From assembly GCA_964530955.1 (NCBI GenBank), contig CAZHCL010000001.1:49381-113380 (forward strand): a stretch of 64,000 bases of DNA. Direction: 5' to 3'. The notes beneath the pieces are model-generated. The model was not told the DNA's origin. It saw only the letters and a program-made list of their open reading frames with translations, and did not search any database. Of the stretch, positions 36,936-45,859 are shown piece by piece (position 1 is the first letter of the stretch; each line of letters opens with the position of its first letter). Source of the DNA: Candidatus Woesearchaeota archaeon. GTDB lineage: Archaea > Nanobdellota > Nanobdellia > Pacearchaeales > GW2011-AR1. Both the position numbers and the translations under genes were made by a program.

Positions 36936-38444
36936 ATGGAAAACATAAATGAAATCATTGAAAAATTATCTCCCATAGAAAGAAAGATAGTTCCTTTCCT
37001 TAACCTTGGAATGGATAAAATAAGGGAGAAATCTGGACTTGATGAGACTTCTTTTCTAAGGGCTCTAAAATTTTTGGAAGTCAAGGGACTGGTAAAGCTA
37101 AAATTATCTGAAAAAAATATAATTGATTTAGGAACAAATGGAATATATTACAAGAAAAATAGCCTGCCCGAAAGAAAGCTGGTCATTCTTCTAGAAAAAA
37201 GCAATCACCTGACTTTGGAGGAGGCAAAAAAGAACTCAAAACTTTCCGAAAACGAATTTAAAGTTTCTTTAGGGGTTTTGAAAGATAAAGCCCTTATCAC
37301 ATTTACTAATGGAAAGATCTCGTTAAATGCATCTAAAGAAGAGTTGATGAAGAAGACTCTTGAAGAGCAATTTCTGGATATATTGCCTATGGAAGTCAAT
37401 AAGCTAGTACCTGAGAATAAGTTTGCTTTTGAAAATTTAAAGAAAAGAAAAGATATAATTGAACTTAAGATAGACAAAGAATATTCATTTGAGCTTACTG
37501 AACTAGGAAAGCAAATAGCCGGAAAAGAGATAAAATCTGATTTGATGGAGGAAGTTACTCCTGATTTAATAAAGTCAGGGCAAAAAAATATTAAATTCAG
37601 AAAATATGATATTCATTCTGCTGTTCCCAGGATTTATGGAGGTAAAAGACATTTTGTAAATCAATCTGTTGATTATGCCAAAAGAATATGGATGGATATG
37701 GGATTTGAAGAAATGGATGGGCCCCTGGCAGATAGCTCTTTCTGGATTTTCGATTCTCTTTTTACTCCACAGGATCATCCGGTAAGAGAAATGCAGGATA
37801 CTTTTTTCATCAAAGACGTAACCGCGAGTCTGCCAGATAAAAAAATAGTTGCTAGTGTAAAAAAAGCCCATGAAGAAGGCATTGCTGGCAGCAAGGGATG
37901 GAAATATTCATGGAAAGAGGATATTGCAAGTAAAACAGTGCTGAGAACACATACTACTTCACTTTCTGCAAGAACTCTGGCAAAATTAGACATTAAGAAT
38001 TTACCTGCAAAGTACTTTACTATTGGAAAAGTTTTCAGAAATGAAACTGTTGACTGGAAGCATGGTTTTGAATTTTACCAAAGTGAAGGAATAGTTATTG
38101 ATGAAAAAGCAAACTTCAGACATTTGTTAGGTTATCTTAGACAGTTCTACAGAAAGATGGGGTTCACTAAAATAAAGTTTGTACCAAGTTTCTTCGCTTA
38201 CACCGAACCTAGTGTAGAAGTGCAGGTATGGCATCCTGAAAGGAAGGAATGGCTAGAGCTCGGGGGAGCTGGAATGTTCAGACCGGAAGTAACTGCTCCA
38301 TTACTAGGAAAGCCCATACCCGTACTTGCCTGGGGCCAAGGATTTGACAGAATAATAATGGATTATTATGGGATAAAAGACTTAAGAGAGATGTATTCGA
38401 ATGATATAAAAAAATTAAGAGAAAAGGAGTTTTGGGTGAAATAA
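36936..38444 (+). CDS. pheS: Phenylalanyl-tRNA synthetase alpha subunit
   Basis: FDSLFTPQDHPVREMQDTF, LRTHTT, VFRNETVD.KH..EF.Q, FFAYTEPS, ELGGAGMFRPEV. Confidence 0.96.
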   Translation: MENINEIIEKLSPIERKIVPFLNLGMDKIREKSGLDETSFLRALKFLEVKGLVKLKLSEKNIIDLGTNGIYYKKNSLPERKLVILLEKSNHLTLEEAKKNSKLSENEFKVSLGVLKDKALITFTNGKISLNASKEELMKKTLEEQFLDILPMEVNKLVPENKFAFENLKKRKDIIELKIDKEYSFELTELGKQIAGKEIKSDLMEEVTPDLIKSGQKNIKFRKYDIHSAVPRIYGGKRHFVNQSVDYAKRIWMDMGFEEMDGPLADSSFWIFDSLFTPQDHPVREMQDTFFIKDVTASLPDKKIVASVKKAHEEGIAGSKGWKYSWKEDIASKTVLRTHTTSLSARTLAKLDIKNLPAKYFTIGKVFRNETVDWKHGFEFYQSEGIVIDEKANFRHLLGYLRQFYRKMGFTKIKFVPSFFAYTEPSVEVQVWHPERKEWLELGGAGMFRPEVTAPLLGKPIPVLAWGQGFDRIIMDYYGIKDLREMYSNDIKKLREKEFWVK

Positions 38445-40082
38445 ATGGCAAATTTAATAATTGACAAAAAAGAATTTGAGAACTATATCAAGCTTAGCAG
38501 CGAGATGATTGAAAAAATAACTATGATGGGAATACCTATTGAAGTTAGTGGCAATGATGTAAATATTGAAGTGCTTCCAAATAGACCTGACCTGCTCTCC
38601 TTGCAGGGATTGGTGAGAGCGATAAAAGCATTTATCGGAAAGGAACAAGGTTTGAAAAAATATAAAACAAAAAGTTCTGGCTATAAGTTAATAGTTGAAA
38701 AATCATTGCCTAGGGAGTGGCCCTATGCTGCGGCCTGTATAATTAAGAACCTTAAATTTGATGATGCAAAAATAAAAGAAGCAATCCAAATACAGGAAAA
38801 ATTAGGCATTACATTGATGCGTAGAAGAAAAAAGGGAGGAATAGGAATATATCCTCTTGAAAGGATATCCTTCCCAGTTACTTTCAGGGGAGAAAGCCCT
38901 GATAAGATAAAATTTCAACCATTGGAATATCCTGAAGCAATCACTGGAAGGCAGATATTATCCAAGCATCCAACGGGAAGAGAATATGCTAATATATGCA
39001 AAGATTGGAGTTCACTACCGATATTTGTTGATTCAAAAGGAAAAATAATGTCTATGCCCCCTATAATTAACTCTAATGATCTCGGTAAGATAGATGAGAC
39101 TACCAAAAATATATTTATTGAAGCAACAGGAACAGATTATAATCTCCTTAAAAAAACAATTAATATCCTTTCAACTGCTTTTGCAGAGATGGGGGGAGAA
39201 ATATATACTATAGAATGTATCCAACAGGACAAGAGGAAAGAAAGCATCCCTTCTTTTGAGTCTGAAAAAATTAAGATTAATTTAGAAAATGTGAATAATA
39301 TCTTAGGAATAAACCTTCAGGAAAAAGACCTGGAGAAGTTACTTCCGAGAATGGGATATGATTATAAGAAGAATATGGTTGAAATTCCACCATGGAGAAC
39401 TGATGTTTTGCACGAAGTGGATATTATTGAAGATATAGCCATCGCATATGGCTATGATAAATTAGAACCAATAATTCCATCTATATCTACCATAGGCCAA
39501 GAAGGCAAAGAATCTAAAATTGAAAGGAAAGTTTCAGAAATACTTACTGGTCTTGGATTGATTGAAATTTCTTCTTTCCACCTAATTAAAGAGGAAGAGG
39601 CAAAAAAAGGGAATATCAAAGAAGCTGAATTTATTGAAGTTGAAAATTCCAAGACTGATTTTAAAATATTAAGGCCTAACCTGTTAATATCTGCATATAG
39701 AGTATTTGGAGAAAACAAGGATAATGAATATCCTCAAAAAATATTTGAGATTGGAACTGTCTTTAGAAAGGATATCGATGGAAAAAGTGAAACTGGAATA
39801 GGCGAGAGTAAAAGGTTACTTATTTCTATTTCTCCTTCTAATTTTACTGAAATAAAGCAGACTTTAGATTATCTTATGAGAATGCTTAAGATAAAATATG
39901 AACTAAAAGAAGAGGATTGTTTTGGTCTAATACCTGGAAGAACTGGCAAAATAGTAATTAACGGCAAAAAGGCTGGAATAATGGGGGAGTCTAATATTGA
40001 ATCCTTGAGGGAATGGAACATTAAAATGCCAGTCTCCCTTGTTGAGATTGATTTGGAAGAAATATATAAATTGATTCAGTAA
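38445..40082 (+). CDS. pheT: Phenylalanyl-tRNA synthetase beta subunit
   Basis: EVLPNRPDLLS, SMPPIINS, PPWRTDVLHEVDIIEDIAIAYGY. Confidence 0.95.
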   Translation: MANLIIDKKEFENYIKLSSEMIEKITMMGIPIEVSGNDVNIEVLPNRPDLLSLQGLVRAIKAFIGKEQGLKKYKTKSSGYKLIVEKSLPREWPYAAACIIKNLKFDDAKIKEAIQIQEKLGITLMRRRKKGGIGIYPLERISFPVTFRGESPDKIKFQPLEYPEAITGRQILSKHPTGREYANICKDWSSLPIFVDSKGKIMSMPPIINSNDLGKIDETTKNIFIEATGTDYNLLKKTINILSTAFAEMGGEIYTIECIQQDKRKESIPSFESEKIKINLENVNNILGINLQEKDLEKLLPRMGYDYKKNMVEIPPWRTDVLHEVDIIEDIAIAYGYDKLEPIIPSISTIGQEGKESKIERKVSEILTGLGLIEISSFHLIKEEEAKKGNIKEAEFIEVENSKTDFKILRPNLLISAYRVFGENKDNEYPQKIFEIGTVFRKDIDGKSETGIGESKRLLISISPSNFTEIKQTLDYLMRMLKIKYELKEEDCFGLIPGRTGKIVINGKKAGIMGESNIESLREWNIKMPVSLVEIDLEEIYKLIQ

Positions 40083-40550
40083 CTAACCGAAATAGCTCTT
40101 TTCTTTTTTAGCTACTGCGCTAGCTGGCTTCTTTACTCCTGAGAGTATTTTTCTGAACTTTGGCTTGCATGATTCCCAGGTAGACACTATTACATTAATC
40201 ATCTCTGCTTCCTTCTTCTCAGCGTAATCAATTTCCAGATCAAGAGACAATAAACTTATCTCACCAAGAGCAGAATATATTTCATCGATTACTTTTCTGT
40301 CTTCCTGAGATAATGAACGAGCATAGGAAAGATACATTCTAGGAGCATTTACCGGATTAAGAAGCATCTCAAGAAAGTTCACCGAATTTACTATTTTTTC
40401 CATCATTACCTTCCTGATTAATCTGAGAAGACTCTCAGTCTCTCTGTCTATCTTATCAATCTCAAAATTATCACTTAGGTATTCAAAAGATTCAAGTTTG
40501 TATTTTTTTCCCAAAGGGATATATAATTTTTTTAATTCTGAGGGGGTCAT
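40083..40550 (-). CDS. Hypothetical protein
   Basis: 155-aa helical ORF with typical composition. Confidence 0.7.
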   Translation of the reverse strand: MTPSELKKLYIPLGKKYKLESFEYLSDNFEIDKIDRETESLLRLIRKVMMEKIVNSVNFLEMLLNPVNAPRMYLSYARSLSQEDRKVIDEIYSALGEISLLSLDLEIDYAEKKEAEMINVIVSTWESCKPKFRKILSGVKKPASAVAKKEKSYFG

Positions 40551-40568
40551 TCTTATTTTTTCCTTAAA

Positions 40569-40844
40569 TTATAGACCAAACATCCTCTTCCAAAAAGATT
40601 TCTTCTCTTCGGCAATTGCTCCTTCTGGTTCTACAACATCATAAGTTATTTCTGGCTTTGTTTTTAGTATCGGTGCTTCTTTGGCAAATTCGTCTTCCGC
40701 GCGCTTTACTGCCTTGTCGACCTCAAGTTTCGAATGACCTTGATTTACAAGAGCCCATCTCAAAGATTCCTTGGTATACCCTTTCTTCAAGTTTTTTTTA
40801 ACATAACCTGAAAGCTCCCCAACGTAGTCTCCCTTCTTTATCAT
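40569..40844 (-). CDS. Hypothetical protein
   Basis: 91 aa, L..Y.KKNLKKGY..ESLRWAL..QG. Confidence 0.7.
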   Translation of the reverse strand: MIKKGDYVGELSGYVKKNLKKGYTKESLRWALVNQGHSKLEVDKAVKRAEDEFAKEAPILKTKPEITYDVVEPEGAIAEEKKSFWKRMFGL

Positions 40845-40891
40845 GGGAATTTGTAGAGCAAAGCATATTTAAATTTATTTATTGGGGATTA

Positions 40892-42364
40892 CTAAGAAAT
40901 AGGCACAGGTTTTTCCAGATAAAAATGCTCTACTGCTTCATTGAGTTTTTTATTTGATTCTGAATAAAATGTAAGTAATGATTCTCCCTTCTTAACATTC
41001 TCTCCTCTATGCTTATGAATGAATATTCCAGAACCCTTATCCACTGGACACCCAAGAATCCTTGAAAGATGATTTATCATTTTATTATCTATACTCTCTA
41101 CTTTTCCGTTTTTAACCGCTTTGATGGAATAAGAGAATGGAGCAATTTTCATGGCTGCTTTTTTTCTTCCCTGTGCTTCAATTATTTCATAAAATTTCTT
41201 TAATGCTCTTTTTGATTCTAGTATTTCAAGAGCCATAGAAATTCCTTTCCCCTTGGCGGCTTTTCCAGTTAATTCAAGTATCTCTCCAGCCAGATGAACT
41301 GCCTTTCTTTCCAAATCTTTAGGACCTGCATCTCTCTTTAAAACTTTCAGAACATCAATCATCTCTAAAACTGGACCTATTCCGTTTCCTATTGGCTGAC
41401 TTCCATTAGTTATTATTACTCTTAAAAATAATTTGAAATGTTTTGCTATCTTAAGAAATTTTAATTTGAGCTTTTCAGCTTCATGTCTTGTTACTTTAGC
41501 TCCAGTGCCTGCAGGAATATCAATTAAAATATATTTGCTTCCTGCAGCCAGTTTTTTCGACATTATTGAAGCTATGAGCTGTGATTCGGGATCAAGATTG
41601 AGTATTCTTTCAACACGTATCAATTTGTCGTCCGCAGGAGCCAATCCTAGAGAACCTCCCCAGGCAAGACATGCTCCAGTCTTAGATACTACTTTCTTTA
41701 GAGTATCAAATTCCAAATCTACTTTAGTAAGAGTTTCAATTGTATCTGCAGTACCTGCCGCGCTTGTTATTGCTCTTGAAGAAGTTTTAGGCATTATGAC
41801 TCCCGCTGCAGCGCAAATTGAAACAATTATTGGAGTAGTTCTATTTCCAGGTATCCCTCCTATTGAGTGCTTATCCGCAACTTTATACTCTTTCGGCCAC
41901 TGCAAAACTTTACCTGTCTTATACATCGCTTCTGTAAGATTAACTGTTTCTTGCATATTCATTCCATTCTCGTAAACCCCTAGTATAAAGTAAGAAATTT
42001 CTGCTTCGGTCAATGCATTGCTTGAAATGTCTTTTACTATTGAATAGATTTCACTTTTGTTTAATTCTTTTCCTTTCATTTTTTTTGAGATAAATTGCGC
42101 ACTTGCTGGCTCTGGCATTTGGCTAATATCTAAAAAATCTCCAGGTTTGACTCCTAGATAAGCAGTAGTATCCTCTGACAAAGATATTTCATCTTCTTTA
42201 AGCAAGTCACGTATTGTATCTACAATGGAAATTGTTTTTTTACCTCTTCTTAAAATTTCTATTCTATCTCCTGCGTGAATATCTGACTGTTTGGCAGCGT
42301 TCTCATTGAGAAATGCAATAGGTCTGCCTGCATCAAAATTGATTTTTCTTAATTTTAGTTTCAT
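40892..42364 (-). CDS. AMP phosphorylase (thymidine phosphorylase family with N-terminal barrel)
   Basis: DKHSIGGIPGNRTT, KTSSRAITSAAGTAD, APADD, SIMSKK.AAG, DIPAG.GAK. Confidence 0.9.
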   Translation of the reverse strand: MKLKLRKINFDAGRPIAFLNENAAKQSDIHAGDRIEILRRGKKTISIVDTIRDLLKEDEISLSEDTTAYLGVKPGDFLDISQMPEPASAQFISKKMKGKELNKSEIYSIVKDISSNALTEAEISYFILGVYENGMNMQETVNLTEAMYKTGKVLQWPKEYKVADKHSIGGIPGNRTTPIIVSICAAAGVIMPKTSSRAITSAAGTADTIETLTKVDLEFDTLKKVVSKTGACLAWGGSLGLAPADDKLIRVERILNLDPESQLIASIMSKKLAAGSKYILIDIPAGTGAKVTRHEAEKLKLKFLKIAKHFKLFLRVIITNGSQPIGNGIGPVLEMIDVLKVLKRDAGPKDLERKAVHLAGEILELTGKAAKGKGISMALEILESKRALKKFYEIIEAQGRKKAAMKIAPFSYSIKAVKNGKVESIDNKMINHLSRILGCPVDKGSGIFIHKHRGENVKKGESLLTFYSESNKKLNEAVEHFYLEKPVPIS

Positions 42365-42393
42365 TTATTTGACCTTCTTTTTTATTTACAACT

Positions 42394-43422
42394 TTATGAA
42401 AACAAAGTATAAATGCTTTTGTCCCTGAAAGATTCTAGTAATGTGAGAAGATAGGCCAAGACTAAAGGCCCAATGACTATTCCGGTGACTCCAAACATGA
42501 AAATTCCTCCTAACATACCTAGCAATATGACTGCTGGAGAAACCTCTGTTCTTTTGGAAATTATATAAGAACGAATTATATTATCAACTAAAGAAACAAT
42601 TAGAAGGTTATACAAGAAATAACCTATTATCATCCCTGCGTTGTTTGTAGTTGCAATAAGATAAATTCCTACTGGAACCCAAACGAATGCTGGACCCAAA
42701 AATGGAATTATTGAGAGGAATATGGCTATAACTGTTAGGATTAATGCACTTTTCACTCCGAATATGAAGAATCCTATACCTGCGAGCAGTCCCTGAATTA
42801 CTCCTACTACAACCCATCCGTAAAGAATTGCGCCAGTCATATTCTTAAAATGATTTACCACTATTTTTTCTTTTGATTCTGACAATGGTGAAATTCCTTT
42901 TACGAACGCCTTAAGTTGTTCGGCATCTCTCATACCATAAAAGAATATGAATCCTAGAATGAAGAGGTCAAGAAGAAACTTTGGAAGATTTGTTAAAAAA
43001 GAACTAAGTGCATTTGCGGAAGCTGAGAAGGCTTTACTGGAAATATTATTAAGAGTGACTGTCATTTGGGTTACAAAATCAGACGAAGCAGTGGGGAAAA
43101 GAGTATGAACAAATTTTTGCATGTCAATTTTCTGCACTGTTAGAAATAAATCAAAAGTTTGCTTTATCATTACCGGAGCAGCAAACCAAAGCGCTGCGAA
43201 TATACACACAAGTATAAGCATTACAAGTATAAAAGCTGCTGCGCTTTTGTTTTTGACATAATAATTTATTTTTCTATAGACTGGCATAAATATATATGCT
43301 AAAATTAGTCCTGAAATAGCAGATATGATGAATGGCTGGACAACTATAAACGCCAAAACTATAAGAACCGCTGCTAGCAGCAAAATTGATATTTTCTTTA
43401 CATCCTTCTCTCCAAATTCCAT
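42394..43422 (-). CDS. AI-2E (PerM) family transporter
   Basis: LAYIFMPVY, QGLLAGIGF, SIIPFLG, DNIIRSYII, FG..GIVIGPL. Confidence 0.88.
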   Translation of the reverse strand: MEFGEKDVKKISILLLAAVLIVLAFIVVQPFIISAISGLILAYIFMPVYRKINYYVKNKSAAAFILVMLILVCIFAALWFAAPVMIKQTFDLFLTVQKIDMQKFVHTLFPTASSDFVTQMTVTLNNISSKAFSASANALSSFLTNLPKFLLDLFILGFIFFYGMRDAEQLKAFVKGISPLSESKEKIVVNHFKNMTGAILYGWVVVGVIQGLLAGIGFFIFGVKSALILTVIAIFLSIIPFLGPAFVWVPVGIYLIATTNNAGMIIGYFLYNLLIVSLVDNIIRSYIISKRTEVSPAVILLGMLGGIFMFGVTGIVIGPLVLAYLLTLLESFRDKSIYTLFS

Positions 43423-43519
43423 ATATCTTATTATGAACCATGATATATAAACTTTAAGTAATCTAGTCGGCTTTTCTAATAAACGCCAAATTTATAAATG
43501 AACTTTTTCTCAACTAGAG

Positions 43520-44233
43520 ATGGAAAGCTTTTTGAAAAAAATATTTACGGGAAAGAAAGATGATGAAGTCCATTCAGAGTTTATAAAATTCAGCAAGGGA
43601 GTTTTTGACAACAGATATCTTGTTGAAGGCAAAAAACAAGCTGACAGATATAGCGTAAAGACTAGTGCTGAACTGGCAAATTTCCTTGTAAGAAAATGCC
43701 TTGAAAAGGTTAATGGTAAAGTTGCCATAAAGGGAATAATTGTTTCCACACTAGATTTAAGGAAAGAAAAAGGCCAGCTTTTTGAACCGGATGAAAAAAT
43801 CAAGCAATTCATGGGAATAAAGCAGCTTATTGTCAATACTACTCTTGAACCTCAAAAGGTTCTGGATGTTATGGATAAATATCCAAAAGCTTTCTTTGCC
43901 CTTTCATTTAAGACTGATAATTTTGAGCTTAAAATAAAAGAAAAAGCTCCGAAGAGTGCCAAACCTTCCAACAAAGGAGATGCCGAGCCGAAAGCAGAGT
44001 TCTGTTCTCTTAAAACAAAAGATATGGACATCATTAGCGATTTATTTTTTGACTTTCCTATGTTCAAGGAAATAAAAATAAAACATACAATACAAATTAA
44101 TGAAATAATTCTTCCTAGGGGAGAAAAAGACCCTGTAAAGATAAGGGAGCTTGCAATAAGAAAAGGAAAAATGATAAGAAAAATAATTGTTGACGGCAAA
44201 AATGCTACTGAAGAGAAAGATTTTGAAGCTTAG
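43520..44233 (+). CDS. Hypothetical protein
   Basis: 237-aa Lys-rich ORF, VH.EFIKFSKG.F. Confidence 0.7.
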   Translation: MESFLKKIFTGKKDDEVHSEFIKFSKGVFDNRYLVEGKKQADRYSVKTSAELANFLVRKCLEKVNGKVAIKGIIVSTLDLRKEKGQLFEPDEKIKQFMGIKQLIVNTTLEPQKVLDVMDKYPKAFFALSFKTDNFELKIKEKAPKSAKPSNKGDAEPKAEFCSLKTKDMDIISDLFFDFPMFKEIKIKHTIQINEIILPRGEKDPVKIRELAIRKGKMIRKIIVDGKNATEEKDFEA

Positions 44234-44244
44234 AGTAAAGCTAA

Positions 44245-44799
44245 CTAAAATTCCAAGCCCTTTCTGGCTAAAATACCTAGGTCATAGGGATGTTTGACCT
44301 TTTTTATTTCTGTGACCAAATTTGCAACTGCGAAAACTTTTTCGAGAGGCTTGTGCGAACCAGTAAGAATAAGCTCCTTGTATTTTGGCTTGTTTTTTAT
44401 TAACTCGATTATCTGTTCTTCATTTAAAAGACCTAACTGCACTGCATAGAGTATTTCATCAGCGATTATTATATCATAATCTGGATTGTTAAGAGATTCA
44501 ATTACATGCTTTAGTGCAATTTCTACATTTTCTTTATGCACTAATTCGTTCTTTCCCTTAACATACCAATCGCCTACTCCAAATCTTTTATAAGAAAAGT
44601 TTTCAAATTTTTCCAATGCTTTTATTTCACCAGGTATCTGCTGGTCTAACGTACTCGCTCCATTCTTCATGAATTGAACTAGATGAACTGAATATCCATT
44701 TCCACAGGCGCGCAGAGCAGTGCCAAGAGCTGAAGTGGTCTTGCCCTTTCCATTCCCCCAAAATACCTGAACAAAGCCTAGTGATGATTTATCAGACAT
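44245..44799 (-). CDS. cobO: ATP:corrinoid adenosyltransferase, CobA/CobO/BtuR type
   Basis: G.VQVFWGNGKGKTTSALG, VQFMK, ADEI, LILTG, VTE..K.KHPYD.G..AR.G.EF. Confidence 0.9.
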   Translation of the reverse strand: MSDKSSLGFVQVFWGNGKGKTTSALGTALRACGNGYSVHLVQFMKNGASTLDQQIPGEIKALEKFENFSYKRFGVGDWYVKGKNELVHKENVEIALKHVIESLNNPDYDIIIADEILYAVQLGLLNEEQIIELIKNKPKYKELILTGSHKPLEKVFAVANLVTEIKKVKHPYDLGILARKGLEF

Positions 44800-44872
44800 T
44801 AGAATAAATGCACTTTGTAATATATAAAGATAAATGAAATACAGTTAAATAATAAAAAAGATAGCCTCTACG

Positions 44873-44927
44873 TGTATATACATATCAATATGATAAGAAT
44901 ATGTTTAAATACTTATTTATACGTATA
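44873..44927. promoter_or_regulatory. Palindrome cluster in the promoter of the surface-protein operon
   Basis: TGTATATACA (44873-44882), CATAT-CA-ATATG (44881-44892), TATACGTATA (44918-44927). Confidence 0.4.
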
Positions 44928-44940
44928 GTCATTGATTAAA

Positions 44941-45108
44941 ATGAAAAGAAAGGAAAAGGACAAGCTTACGATTCTAGTTGATAAGGATATAAAAGAAAGT
45001 TACAAACAACATTGTGATACTCATGGGTTGATTATGGGAAAGCAGATTGAATTGTTCATGGAAAATGAGCTGAAGAGAAAAGAAGAGAGGAAAAATGATA
45101 AGAAGTAA
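44941..45108 (+). CDS. Ribbon-helix-helix (CopG/ParG-like) protein, absent from ORF track
   Basis: MKRKEKDKLTILVDKDIKESYKQHCDTHGLIMGKQIELFMENELKRKEERKNDKK*: alternating strand KLTILVD, helix, G turn, helix; overlaps the next start. Confidence 0.75.
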   Translation: MKRKEKDKLTILVDKDIKESYKQHCDTHGLIMGKQIELFMENELKRKEERKNDKK

Positions 45109-45856
45109 GAGAGCCCAAATAGGAATATGGGTGATAATTGCAATATGTATTGTTGGAGTAATGGCTTTGCTGTTTTTTTTGAGCAAAAAACCTACCATAC
45201 TTCCTCAAAACGAATTTAATGCACAGAGTTCAATTGAAAAATGTGTTAGGGATTCAATAGGCGAAGCAGTTGAAAAAATGATTCCTCAGGGAGGATTGAT
45301 TCTTACTGGAGATTATAAAAGTTATATGAATATTAATGTGACTTATCTATGTGAGTATAAAGGTTACTTCAAACCGTGCATATCTCAGCACCCTATGTTG
45401 GTGAATGAAGAAATAAAACAAATACATGACTATATTTATCCGAAAATTGACCTTTGTTTCTCAAATGCAAGAGACGAACTTCAAAAGAGAAATTATGATG
45501 TGTCTCTTGACCCTAATATGGAAATAAATATTTCTCTTGGTTCTGGAAACGTTTATTCTTTTATTCAAAGAAAAATGAGTGTTTCTAAAAATAATCAGAC
45601 AGAATCTTTCAATAAATTTAATATTGAATTTGCTAGCCCAATATATGACCTGACAAATGTTGCAGTGGACATAGCAAGTCAGGAAGCAAAATACTGCTAT
45701 TTTGAATATGTGGGATATAACCTTCTTTATCCTAGATTTGATATTAGCAAATTTACTTTTTCTGATTCAACAAAGATATATATCATAAAGGATAACTATT
45801 CTAATAAAGTAATGAATATTGCAGTAAGAGGCTGCGCAATTCCTCCGGGAATATAA
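45095..45856 (+). CDS. Class III signal-peptide (pilin-like) protein, paralog A
   Basis: KRA/QIGIWVIIAICIVGVMALLFFL; shares YLC...Y...C, YDL, YP motifs with 49725..50489. Confidence 0.8.
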   Translation: MIRSKRAQIGIWVIIAICIVGVMALLFFLSKKPTILPQNEFNAQSSIEKCVRDSIGEAVEKMIPQGGLILTGDYKSYMNINVTYLCEYKGYFKPCISQHPMLVNEEIKQIHDYIYPKIDLCFSNARDELQKRNYDVSLDPNMEINISLGSGNVYSFIQRKMSVSKNNQTESFNKFNIEFASPIYDLTNVAVDIASQEAKYCYFEYVGYNLLYPRFDISKFTFSDSTKIYIIKDNYSNKVMNIAVRGCAIPPGI

Positions 45857-45859
45857 AAG

